Shown: one piece after another, positions 13,490 to 23,801 of the stretch
Layout: each line of letters begins with the position of its first letter
Numbering within the stretch: position 1 is the stretch's first letter
Source: Balanoglossus misakiensis
Lineage: Eukaryota; Animalia; Hemichordata
Direction: 5' to 3'
Assembly (NCBI GenBank): GCA_040954595.2
Contig: CM082588.2
Span: forward strand, 10,896,844 to 10,960,843
Length of the DNA stretch: 64,000 bases
Notes under the pieces: generated by a model
The model's database searches: none
What the model was told of the DNA's origin: nothing
What the model saw: the letters and a program-made list of their open reading frames with translations, nothing else
Translations under genes and position numbers: made by a program

Positions 13490-13531
13490 CACTGCGGGAA
13501 ATACTAGAGCTATGTTGGGCAGTATTCCGCG
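13490..13531 (+). repeat. Left bipartite terminal inverted repeat
   Basis: CACTGCGG, 18-nt spacer, then TGGGCAGTATT at 13516-13526, followed by CCGCG. Confidence 0.85.
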
Positions 13532-13573
13532 AAGCGCGAGCTCCCATGTTCACCATAGCAACGCATTGCCAAG

Positions 13574-14224
13574 ATGGCGGCGCCCGTGTTGATCGATGCC
13601 GAGAAAGTTATAAAACGCAAATTGCGAGAGGCAAAATCTGTGCTTAAACGTAAAAAATGCGTGTCGGACAATCTGTATATACACCCACTCTTTGATGAAC
13701 TTGAGGATGTGACAACAAGGGCCATATTTCGAAACGACAAGCTGTCAAAGGACAAGATTCGTTGGCGTGACGTCGCCGTATTTCCCATGTTTCAGCGTGA
13801 TATGACCTACTGGCAGAAGACCTTCTACGCTCGGCTGTCAACATCCCCGTCGTTAAGGTCACCATGGCAAAGCAGCTTTACACGACAAATGCCGAGGGAA
13901 GTATTTGATGTTTTTCATCAGTTTGCTACTCGGACCGGTTTTGGTATCGACGAGAAGACCTCCAGGGCTATCATAACCTTGACCTTCACAAGTTCCTTGA
14001 AGCTATTGTATGTGATACGGAAAGGTTATTGCTACGAGGGCGCTATCGGTCAGCATACAGAGAATATCCTAGAGAAGAAAGTCCGTGGAAAGAGGGTAGC
14101 TGTTATATTCACACCTGAGAAGCCCTGTGTTGTGAAATATTTTATCAACAGGGAGACTGTTGCTGTTAGATTCAGCTTTGGTGCCTGGAACAAACATGGA
14201 ATCCCATTACATCCAGAGAACTGA
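13574..14224 (+). CDS. Intact 216-aa orphan protein carried by the transposon (putative accessory subunit)
   Basis: Uninterrupted ORF, strong start context ccaagATGGCGGCG, located 84 bp inside the left end; AATAAA at 14353-14358. No motif recognised. Confidence 0.75.
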   Translation: MAAPVLIDAEKVIKRKLREAKSVLKRKKCVSDNLYIHPLFDELEDVTTRAIFRNDKLSKDKIRWRDVAVFPMFQRDMTYWQKTFYARLSTSPSLRSPWQSSFTRQMPREVFDVFHQFATRTGFGIDEKTSRAIITLTFTSSLKLLYVIRKGYCYEGAIGQHTENILEKKVRGKRVAVIFTPEKPCVVKYFINRETVAVRFSFGAWNKHGIPLHPEN

Positions 14225-15076
14225 ACCCTATTGATTTTTCACACTGATTCAACCCATCTGAGGAACATTTTTTTCCTGATCTGTGGCACATGTTGTTCAG
14301 TGTAGATGTATCAGTCTGTCAAGACAGTCCTCTCACAATTGACATATATTCAAATAAAAAAAGGAAAATTAGAAGACTCAAAAATTCATCACTTGTCTTT
14401 ATTTATCTACATTCAATACAAATGAACAGATAATGTTTACAAAATTTCCTAAACTGTAAAATTCTTTTTTTCCATCATTATTGTAACATAGATTTTTCAT
14501 TAGTTTCAGAAAAAAATGTATGTTACCTACAATCAACATTGATAAGTCAATCAAAACTGCTCATCTAACAGTTAACCAGGATTTCTGGTCTAAATTTAAT
14601 TAATATTTACAATTAATTCCATGACAAAATTTATAAATATCAAGAATTTGATGAGACTTAATTCTTTATTTTTTCACAAATTCATTAAAATTTCGTGCAG
14701 GTGCAGAATAAACAACTCCTCAAGAAAAATGTAAAACTTTTCTATCAAGCTTATGTATGTCATACATTTTAATTTTGCAAAGCACTGCAATCACTATACG
14801 ATTAAGGGTTTATTCACAATACTTAATAGTGGTAAGATAAGTTTCAATTTCCCTGTCCCCATACATGCACACATATACAAAATCCCATAAGAAACATATC
14901 ATCTCCAGTTCAAAAAGTGTGAATTCATGTGATTTGTGATCTCCATTTTTATTAAATGCAGCTCTCAACTACAGATGAGTCTTTATAATTCTGTAATGTA
15001 ATTAATACTATAGTTATCCTTTAATTCTAAAGTAGCACACAGTGACACAATCCACTGTTTCAAATTCAATCATTGT

Positions 15077-17317
15077 TCACAGCATAAGTTTCTTGAGTTT
15101 ATTTGATATTTTACCAGTGACAGCTGCTTTTTTTATGTCATCCATAATTGGGTCAACACATATTTCACAGGCAGTCATTGTTTCATTTTTTTAAATTGCC
15201 ACACATACAGTAGCCTGCATTCTCATAATATCGACTGGGAATGTATTTTTCTTTTTCTTTAAGCTCAAATTGACCTACATTTGCATTTCTATAGTTGTCA
15301 GCTTTTGGACTTTTGTTCCTCAGCCAAAAAAGCATCACATATTCGTGTCGAAATATGAGGGCCCACCTATTTTGAGGTGTAGAATTTTCACTGAATTCTA
15401 GCAGGCGTAGATGCTTTGCCTCTCTGCCTTCCATTGTGTTTAGGCCTAATCCCAGACTGAATTGCTTATAGATACTAGTGGTGTGTTTTGGGACTACATA
15501 ACCAATGTGCCACACAGTATTATTGACATTCAGAAACAGGGAATGTAGATTAAAGTACCACCGACACTTATGCCTAAGTACAAGCAAATCTCCCTCATTT
15601 ATGTTGAATCGTGAGAATAACAAAGTGATATCTCTAAGCAAGATACCAGTATATGTGTAGAGAGCTAATTGAGCCCGACGCTTTGGTCTGTCTGTATCGC
15701 TTCTCAATGCTAATACCAATCCTATGAAATGCCAAGCAAGTTTGCGAGACTCCTCACCAGTGAAGCGATAAACCACATTAATGTTGGCATTTGACTTGAC
15801 ACTATTTTCATTGAAGTATTTTACAATCTTATTATACAACTTTCCAGCTTTTACTTGATATTTTAGGGCAGACAGGAATTTGTACAGATATGACTCGTTA
15901 GGTAGATTCTCAATTTTAACTCCATTTTCACGACCCTTTTCCGAAGTGTGGGCAACTGCGTCAATCAGTAATCGTTGGAAGTAGTATTGCCATGCATTGT
16001 TCTTTAAATGCAATGGCTCAGCCTTGGCACAATCAATAAATCTACCCAACGGTGGTACAAATTCCTGTCTTGACCTCAGACTGGCTATAAATTGTGTGAT
16101 TTTGGGTCGCACTGTTTTGGGCTTTCCAGTTTTAATTTTCTTAGTTGACTTCAACTTTTCAACAGCTTCTGCATCTTTAATTCTTTTCTGATATTTCCAT
16201 TCATCCCACTTCTGACCTGGGCCAATTTCTGCTCCAATACAATCAATATCATTTTTGGAACGTTAGCAAATGAGCTGAAATACTTTGCTGCATTGCTTAG
16301 TTCTCCAGACACACTGGCCAATCCCTTCTGATCAAAGGGTAAAAGTGACACCTGAAAAGTTACATCAAGACTGCCAACTTTATATTTACGTTTCTCAATA
16401 CACTCAAGGTCTTTTGACAATGCAATTGCAAATTCAATCATTATGGGGTCATCCTCTTTTATGTTTGCCCCTAATAGGAGAAAATTGTGGTCTGGGCTAG
16501 CAACACGGTGGGTCACATTCAAGAAACTAACTAGCCATGCAGTGGCCTGTCCATGTTTGCCAAACGGAGCCCCGTCAGCACCTATACTGATTTGAAATGA
16601 GCCCTCCTGTTTACCGAACCAGTTAAGAATATCAGGCTGTGTTTCCCCCATATTTAAATATAAACTGGCAATCTTAATAAGCAACTCCTCAGGGTTTCTT
16701 TTTAAGCCGACTTGTTTGCCTTCAGATGATATAATTGGCTCAAGATTTCCAATGTCAAGGTTACTTACATACTGTACAACTTTTGTGTATGGGAGCAGTC
16801 TTGGTATTCTACAGCCAGAATGAATTTCTAATGCTTTCCTAGGATGTTTCAAGTTGGAGAACATCTGAAGTTCACTCTGCCTCAGACAGTTATATTTTCG
16901 TTTGGATAGTACTCCGCCCTCATACATAGTTCTGACACTCCTCACCAAATTGTTCTCACTTTTCTCAAATTTACTGATGTATTTATCAAATACTGATGGC
17001 ATTACTTTTTTACTGATTTGGGGAGAGGTTCTGAAGAATGTTTTCATTTGGTCAGGAGTGGCAGAATTAACAAGAGTATACCACAAACCATCAAGTGCTG
17101 CTTTTGGTGGATGTAGTACATTCGGTTTATTTATACCTTTGGCTGGGCTTACATCTGTAGTTGCTACATGAATATTTATGGCTGCTGATAAGGTTTCACA
17201 CCTACGTTCATACTGTTGACGTCGCGACAGCTTCAAAGATTCACTATTATCTGCACATACTTCAGTGTTCTTGTGGACCCATTTAGAGCGTTTCACATTA
17301 ACAACATCAACAGGAAT
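15077..17317 (-). pseudogene. Main exon of a RAG1/Transib/Chapaev-like DDE transposase (two 1-bp frameshifts, near 16260 and 15190)
   Basis: ISIGADGAPFGK (D1, 16574-16576), LPFDQKGLASVSG (D2, 16331-16333), EPLHLKNN, YRFTGEESRKL and GLGLNTMEGREAKH (E, 15420-15422). Acceptor tctttcag| at 17318-17320. Frame repair joins the 381-aa and 323-aa ORFs and extends to TGA at 15077-15079. Confidence 0.8.
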
Positions 17318-17670
17318 CTGAAAGATTAAGTGTGTGATAAATATATACTAATTAGAATATAATCATTATATATAAAATAAAATCTTCTTACAAGTTAATC
17401 ATTAATTTAAATGTCCTTGATAAGAAATACACACGTGTAGCCTGTATTTTTCTGACAACTTCTGCAATAAAAATCCTAAAAAATATACATAGTTTGTTGG
17501 AAAACCTAGATGTTTTGCATCAAAGCTGAACCCATTTTGTTATCATTGTTTACACAGGATCATGTGACATGAAGTTCAAAAAGCGAATTTGGGCTAAAAT
17601 TTGAAGAGGATTTATACAAATCTGAGATTTTTAAAATTATGACTAAGTCTATTTATCTGATCTAGCTTAC

Positions 17671-18114
17671 CTTTCTCTTATTATTCTTTGTAGCTAAGAT
17701 CTCACAAATCTTACTGTTCTTCTTCTCTAGTCTAGCTAGCTGGGTTGAGGATCTTTTTACTAGTCTCCTAGCTGCACTCAACTTATTCAACTTATCCTGA
17801 ATTATGCTTTCTTCCTCATCTCTCTTTCTCTTTCTCTGTCTACACCACTCTCCTAAGTTAAACCTGTGTTTAGTCTGTCCTCTCTTTGTTCTAACTACCA
17901 ATAGGTTGTTGGCCACGCTCCCAGACAAAGATCTAGTCTTCAATTTCTCCTGATATAGTTGTTGTAAACACTTCTCTTCAGCTACCTGTCTCGCTATCTT
18001 TTGGTCCTTTGCCCACTGGCCTATGTTGAAGTAACTTTTCCCTTTTCTATTCGGCATAACAATAGACAAACTTTTAAGAAGTGCGCTACTCCTGTTGAAT
18101 AGTTTGCCCCACAT
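17671..18114 (-). CDS. Upstream coding exon of the transposase (basic, helical N-terminus)
   Basis: gccATG at 18114. The donor AAG|gtaagc at 17671/17670 splices in phase 0 to the acceptor at 17317. An upstream acceptor ttttcag| lies near 18131, with candidate 5'UTR donors near 18266 and 18834. Confidence 0.7.
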
Positions 18115-18920
18115 GGCTCTAAATCTATACCTGAAAAGGGTGAACAAGAGAAATATCTTTACAATAATTATCTATCCGAGGGAAGCAAAAACAAAACACC
18201 TGCTCATTATACTTCCTCCAGAAATTGAGGTCAAAGGTGACATAGAAAGAATGTGGGTAACCTTACCATAACAATCTCGCCCATTCATTTTTTTCTTATT
18301 TCGTTTTCACCCTCGAATTTCCAGCGAATTATATCAAGAATATATTTTAGCACAAACTATTGGTTTCTGATTTTTCAGTTACGGTCTTATTTTCTGTCAA
18401 TTCTATGAACAATATCACCATGTCGCCGAAAATTCGAAGCGCCGCCATTACAATCAATGTAACCCGTGCTGCTGCCAAGGAACACACAGGGTCGTATATT
18501 TTCGCTTGGTATGATTTCGTCATATTGCTTGTAGCAGCATTTTAAACATGGAATCCTATGTTTACGTATAAAAGACTAAATTCGTATGGTTTTCAAATTG
18601 AAAAAAACAATTCTGTGAAGCTGAATCGTTGTAATTTTTAGTGTTTGTTTATGGTTGCTTAGGACGGCTTCTGCTATAGCAACGGCCAGGGACTGTCAGC
18701 GGGTGATCAAAATGTTCAAGTTATTTGGCTGATACACATAAATAACACAGCAGAATCGCAACTTTATTTCATATTGTCTCTGACATCTTGCTAATTTTAC
18801 TAAACAAAACTTGGAATAAAGCAATATTACTCACCGAATTATGCTGTGCATCGACAGCTGTGTTCGATCGCGAACGCCATTACTGTGTCTAATTAAATAT
18901 TCATGAGCTTCATAGGCTGC

Positions 18921-18963
18921 CACGGAAATACTGCCCATAGGTGGCGTCGTTCAAGCTGTAGTG
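18921..18963 (-). repeat. Right bipartite terminal inverted repeat
   Basis: The reverse complement reads CACTACAG, 18-nt spacer, TGGGCAGTATT (18927-18937), then TCCGTG. Confidence 0.85.
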
Positions 18964-18964
18964 A

Positions 18965-20970
18965 CAGGTGGTGGTTCCCAGAGTGTATCGTAACCAGGTG
19001 ATGAGACTAGCCCATGAATCAGTGCTGGGTGGTCACCACGGAACTCACAAGACCACAGACAAGATCCTCAGCAACTTCGTTTGGCCTGGGCTAACATCAG
19101 ATGTTTCCCGTTACTGTCAGTCCTGTGATTCATGTCAACGGACACAACCAAAGGGACGGGTGACCAAGGTACCACTTGGAAGTATGCCACTAATAGATAT
19201 CCCTTTCCTACGTATTGCAGTAGACCTGGTTGGCCCTATTCATCCATGCACTGAACGCAAGAATAGGTACATACTTACTGTTGTTGATTATGCAACACGC
19301 TATCCGGAGGCTGTTGCATTGACTAACATTGATACCAAGACTGTTGCAGAGGCGCTCCTGGACATCTACTCAAGAGTGGGGTGTCCACGTGAAATTCTGA
19401 CAGATCAAGGAACTCAATTTACATCAGATGTGATGCGTGAGGTCAGCCGGCTTTTGTCTATAAAGCAGATGACTACCACCCCATACCACCCAGCATTCAA
19501 TGGTCTAGTGGAACGGTTCAATGGTACATTGAAACTCATGCTCAGGAAGATGTGTGAGGAACGTCCAGCATATTGGGATCGTTATCTGAATGCTTTACTA
19601 TTTGCCTACAGAGAAACGCCTCAATCGAGCACAGGATTCTCTCCGTTTGAGTTACTTTATGGGAGGAGTGTGCGTGGTCCAATGGCTATCTTGAAAGAAC
19701 TATGGACTGGAGAGATCAGTGAACCAGAAACCAAAACGACTTATCAATACATCCTTGATCTTCAAAAGAAATTAAAGAAGGCATGCGATTTAGCAAGACA
19801 AGAACTGAAGATATCACAAGGCAAATACAAGTCCTACTACAATAGAAAGGCCAAATGGAGGAAGTTCAACAAAGGTGACGAGGTGTTATTGCTACTACCT
19901 ACTGACCATAATAAACTACTTATGCACTGGAAGGGTCCTTTTCCAGTGGTGGAGAAAGCGAGCAATATGGATTACAAGATTGACTTTGGTCATAGGGTGA
20001 AAACATTCCATGCCAACCCGTTGAAGAGGTACTATCGAAGAACTGATCAGCTAGATGAAGTATCAGCTGGACTTCTTGAGATTGTGTGTGTATCTGTGAT
20101 AGATGAGCAGAGTTATGAATCTTCAGAAGTACAAGAGAACACAGGGGTTAAAGTAAACGATGACTTACTGCGGGTTCCTGCATTCAAGCAGAAAGAATTT
20201 GCTGCAGATGTGAATGTATGTGACAACTTGTCAGACATACAGAAGCAAGTGGTGAGGAGGTTGCTGATCAATTACAAAGATATGTTAACTGATATTCGTG
20301 GTAACACCAACCTGGGTTTCCATGACATCAAGTTGATGGATCCAACACCAGTATGCAGTAGGCCATACCCCATCCCTCATGCACTCCGTGAAGCAGTGAA
20401 AGATGAAGTCAAAACGATGATTAAGATGGGAGTAGCTGAACCTTCAGAGAGTCCATATGCTGTTCCACTGGTAATGGTGAAGAAATCTGATGGGTCCAAT
20501 CGTTGTTGTGTTGACATGAGAAAGCTCAATCGCATAACAGTGTTTGATGCAGAGCCTACACCAGACCTGAGTGAGCTTTTTGCTTTTTGCTAAGTTATCC
20601 AAGGATCACTATTTCACTAAAGTAGATCTCAGCAAAGAATATTGGCAAGTCCCGTTGACTGATAATTCTAAACAATTGACGGCATTTATCACGCATGATG
20701 GGCTATACCAATTTATCAAAATGCCTTTCGGACTTGTAAATAGTGCTGCGACTTTTAGCAGAATTATGAGGAGATTGTTAAGAGATATGAAGAACGTAGA
20801 CAACTATATCGATCACATACTGATCCACACTGCATCATGGGAAGAACATATCAAGACAATTACAGATTTGATGAGCAGACTACGAAAGGCAAAGTTAACA
20901 GCGAGACCAACTAAGTGTTATGTGGGTTATGAGCAGATCGATTTCCTGGGTCATGTGGTTGGTCATGGTG
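18965..20970 (+). pseudogene. Gmr1 integrase followed by a truncated reverse transcriptase
   Basis: AHES..GGH...CDSC, IAVDLVGP, TDQGTQF, NGLVERFN and WKGPF, then RT motifs SPYAVP, VDMRKLN, KVDLSKEYWQ, MPFGL and YIDH (YxDD broken). A 7-bp gcttttt duplication causes a frameshift near 20580. Confidence 0.9.
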
Positions 20971-21084
20971 AACTAGTCCTGTTTCAAAATGACCTACATT
21001 ACAGGTCCTATGCACACGTATTACATGTTCTGATTGGTTTATCCACTTCTCTAAGGTCCACTTGCGGCTCGCTGATTGGAGGGA

Positions 21085-21330
21085 CCTTATGTGTTAGGTC
21101 TTATTACTATGTATTATTCACCAGACCTTGTAGGTTAGGTCTTATTACAATGCATTATTCACTTTACAGCTCCCTGATTGGTTAATGTGTAGGTCTGGTC
21201 CTCCAGTGTTCACTGCCTCATTATGCAGGACCTTGTAGGTTAGGTCTTATTAATATGTATTTATTCACCATACAGCTCCCTGATTGGTTAACGTGTCAGT
21301 CTGGTCCCCCCAGTGTTCACTGCCTCATTG
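21085..21330. repeat. Short tandem duplication (~110-bp unit)
   Basis: gaccttgtaggttaggtcttatta...acagctccctgattggttaa...cagtgttcactgcctcatt occurs twice. Confidence 0.7.
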
Positions 21331-22873
21331 TGAAATGTCCCATGTGCTTCCTGGCTAGCGTTGTGGTAACATATTATTCGGGGTGTCCGCAGATCGTTCA
21401 TTGATTTTCTGAGAAATAGCCTAACTGATACTATCTCCAACATAAACCGCACCCTGGAAAGATTAAATGATCTTTTAGGTGGACTTTGAAAATCTGATTA
21501 ACTCATCTAAGCATTTTAGCTAAGTTGTATATTTTTTAATTATAATCATACAAAATACTTAAAAAATAAAAACAATGTTCAGTTTTAATACCCACTGATG
21601 AGGGGAAACATCAGTTTCAAATTCTTTTCATGGGAGCGCTTGAGCAGAGTTATGAGTTTTGCTCTGTGAAAGAAAATGGGGGGATTTCAAAATTTTGGCA
21701 GTTCGGAAGGGGGATTTCAAAATATTTCGGGTTGTGAAAGGGGGGGGGGGCATGTGAAAATTAGCGGTAAAAGATGAATTCCCCCCCCCCCCCCCTCCAG
21801 AGGTGTTTGTGAATGCAGCCTAAGAAAGAAAAAATGTGAAATGGGTCAAATATGGGCCGGACGTGCCCATTCAACTCAATTTACTTTTGTTTGCTTTAAG
21901 TAGGAATTGATCACAGCTATATTTATTTTGGACACCTGAGCGACAAGAAAACAATCTGATTCTACATTTTAAAAAGCGTCATTGGAAAAGCACTGCAATT
22001 TTGTTTCTTGCTTTAAAAAAGTTTGGGGTGGCATGTAATAATTAAGGTGTGTCTAAATTACTAATTTGGTGCACCTCAAAGCCCTTAGCCAATGTAAATT
22101 ATATCCTGCATTGTATTCATGAAGGATATCCTCCCGCGAGGTCAATGCCATTCAATGTCAAACAGTCTCAACAAAGACCATTGGACACTCATAGCCGTTT
22201 TGTATGAAAGTGACTGGAGTACGAGATGAGTTTCATGACAACAACAAATCATGCTCAGTCTCGCTGCAGGGTCTATAATTTCAATAACGGCTAGACGCTG
22301 GACACTATCTTAGGTAACACTTTAGGGTCATAGTGCTGGAACGACATGTTTAAACAGGTCGTTCCGGCACTCTGACCCTTTCGGCCCCAGTCGTTTCAGC
22401 CCCCATTTTCCACGACCCAAGTCGTTACAGCCCGGACAGTAACACCCCAAACATTTCAACACTTATCAGGGAAGACCTTAGCCCAACTATTAAAACTTGG
22501 CTTGAACCTACTTAAGTTCTCCGCATGAAATATGAGCGAGCGTTGTCAGAGGACGACAGCTACGCACACTTTGGGCATGACCGAATCAAACAGAATTGAA
22601 TATTCTATATTCGGAAAAAACACCTTATCTCCGTTTTGCCGTTGACAAACCGATTTCTGTCATGACAGTTACTCCCGGGGACTGTGACAGACCATATACA
22701 GACAGTAGAGGCCGCGCGCTGGGGGTCTACACAAGTCACTACAGCTGATGTAAGCAAGTACAACATGCTTTGCTTGCAGGAATGTTCCATTTTCAATAGA
22801 GGGGTGTGTATATTCAGAGGGAATGTCAGTCGGGGCCCTGGCTGGCAACATGCGGCGTATATATTGACAATCT

Positions 22874-23801
22874 TAGCCGGGAGACCAGGGCGTCGATCTA
22901 AAATACAACGCTCGGGGACAGTCGAGCAAGTCCTGCTGAGCTGAAAGATAGTAGTCTTGGCAACGATCGAGGTCGCTTAGTAACAAATGGATAACGAGTG
23001 ATCTATCAAATGTTGACGGGCGCCAGTGGTTGGATGATATAATTAAAGGCACGTAAGCTGTAACTGGATAAAAAATTAAAGTTTTAAATAATCTCATATA
23101 TGCTTTTAATTATGTCTATTAAATGCTATTTCATGATAATATATCAAGCTCAACACTTATTTATGACAAAATGGCCAAAAATTAAAGAAAAACGAAAATT
23201 CCTGCAATTTTAAAAAAAGCGCAATATTGCAATGAAAAATGAAAATCTGATGTCTCAGTGGTGTACATTTACTTCCATGAGCTCAAGTGGATGAGATCAT
23301 GTTTTGTTTATGAAGTTTCACAACCGGAAATGCAACATTTTCATTGTTTCTTGCATTTTCCCACGGTGGCGGCCATAATCGCTTGCGGCAAAGCTTTATT
23401 ATTTATCTGGTTAAAACTTGCATATGCACTCATACTTAGGGTTTATAATGCTTGTGTATTGTTCACTACCTCCATCTGCATGGACTAATGGTAGTGCAGT
23501 TTGAAACAAAAATTATGAAAATTATCCCAAAAGTTACACCTTACGTGCCTTTAACAAAGCTTGGTTATGAATATTCATACACTTTCAAAACCACTCCCAC
23601 ATCCCATCGCGGGAATTTCACACATGACTCCACCTCTATTTCCTTATTTAGAAGGCGACGATGTCATGTGGTTAACATTGAGTGACCAATTAGCTTACAC
23701 GCAAGATTTACCACACGTGTCGTTCTACGAACAGAATTCTGTTCGTAAATAGAGACTGTCCCCGGGCGTTTCTTTTCCCCGACGCCCTGGTCTCCAGGCT
23801 A
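22874..23801. mobile_element. Non-autonomous AcademH-like element
   Basis: TAGCC...GGCTA termini with ~48-bp imperfect TIRs (ggagaccagggcgtcg...cggggacagtc) and a perfect 9-bp TSD, TGACAATCT (22865-22873 and 23802-23810). Confidence 0.85.
23047..23550. mobile_element. Kolobok-like MITE nested in the AcademH-like element
   Basis: TTAA|AGGCACGTAAG ... CTTACGTGCCT|TTAA. Confidence 0.85.

Larger units (their letters stand above)
13490..18963. mobile_element. 5474-bp two-gene cut-and-paste DNA transposon with a RAG1/Transib/Chapaev-related transposase
   Basis: ACA duplicated at 13487-13489 and 18964-18966; ends CACTGCGG / CTGTAGTG. Removing the element and one ACA restores the in-frame pol sequence GEK-LLQ-VVVPRVYR. 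It contains convergent ORFs. Confidence 0.9.
10082..20970 (+). mobile_element. Gmr1-like Ty3/Gypsy LTR retrotransposon (gag-PR-INT-RT order), 3' truncated and interrupted by a DNA transposon
   Basis: 5' LTR, PBS, gag with a SCAN-like capsid region and CCHC knuckle, protease (LRDSG), integrase, then RT. Integrase upstream of RT is the hallmark of the Gmr1 clade. No RNase H or 3' LTR is seen. Confidence 0.88.

Noticed and set aside
13490-13592. C-terminus of the 553-aa ORF (HTAGNTRAM...)
   Set aside because: Read-through from Gmr1 pol into the transposon's left end.
13574-14224. RAG2-like call for the convergent ORF
   Set aside because: Too short for a six-bladed kelch propeller; no GG-kelch repeats or PHD finger are visible.
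13479-18959. aagctgt as a 7-bp TSD of the insert
   Set aside because: These boundaries give no terminal inverted match and do not restore the pol frame, whereas ACA with CACT...AGTG does both.
13490-18963. Plain CACTA/EnSpm call based on CACTG/CACTA ends and a 3-bp TSD
   Set aside because: The transposase has DQK and MEGREAKH rather than EnSpm D-x-PA and FPFE/ER-type motifs, and there are no subterminal repeat arrays. Kept only as an alternative within the CMC/Transib group.
20971-21185. C-terminal third of the 204-aa RT ORF
   Set aside because: RT similarity ends at FLGHVVGHG; the rest reads into unrelated repeats.
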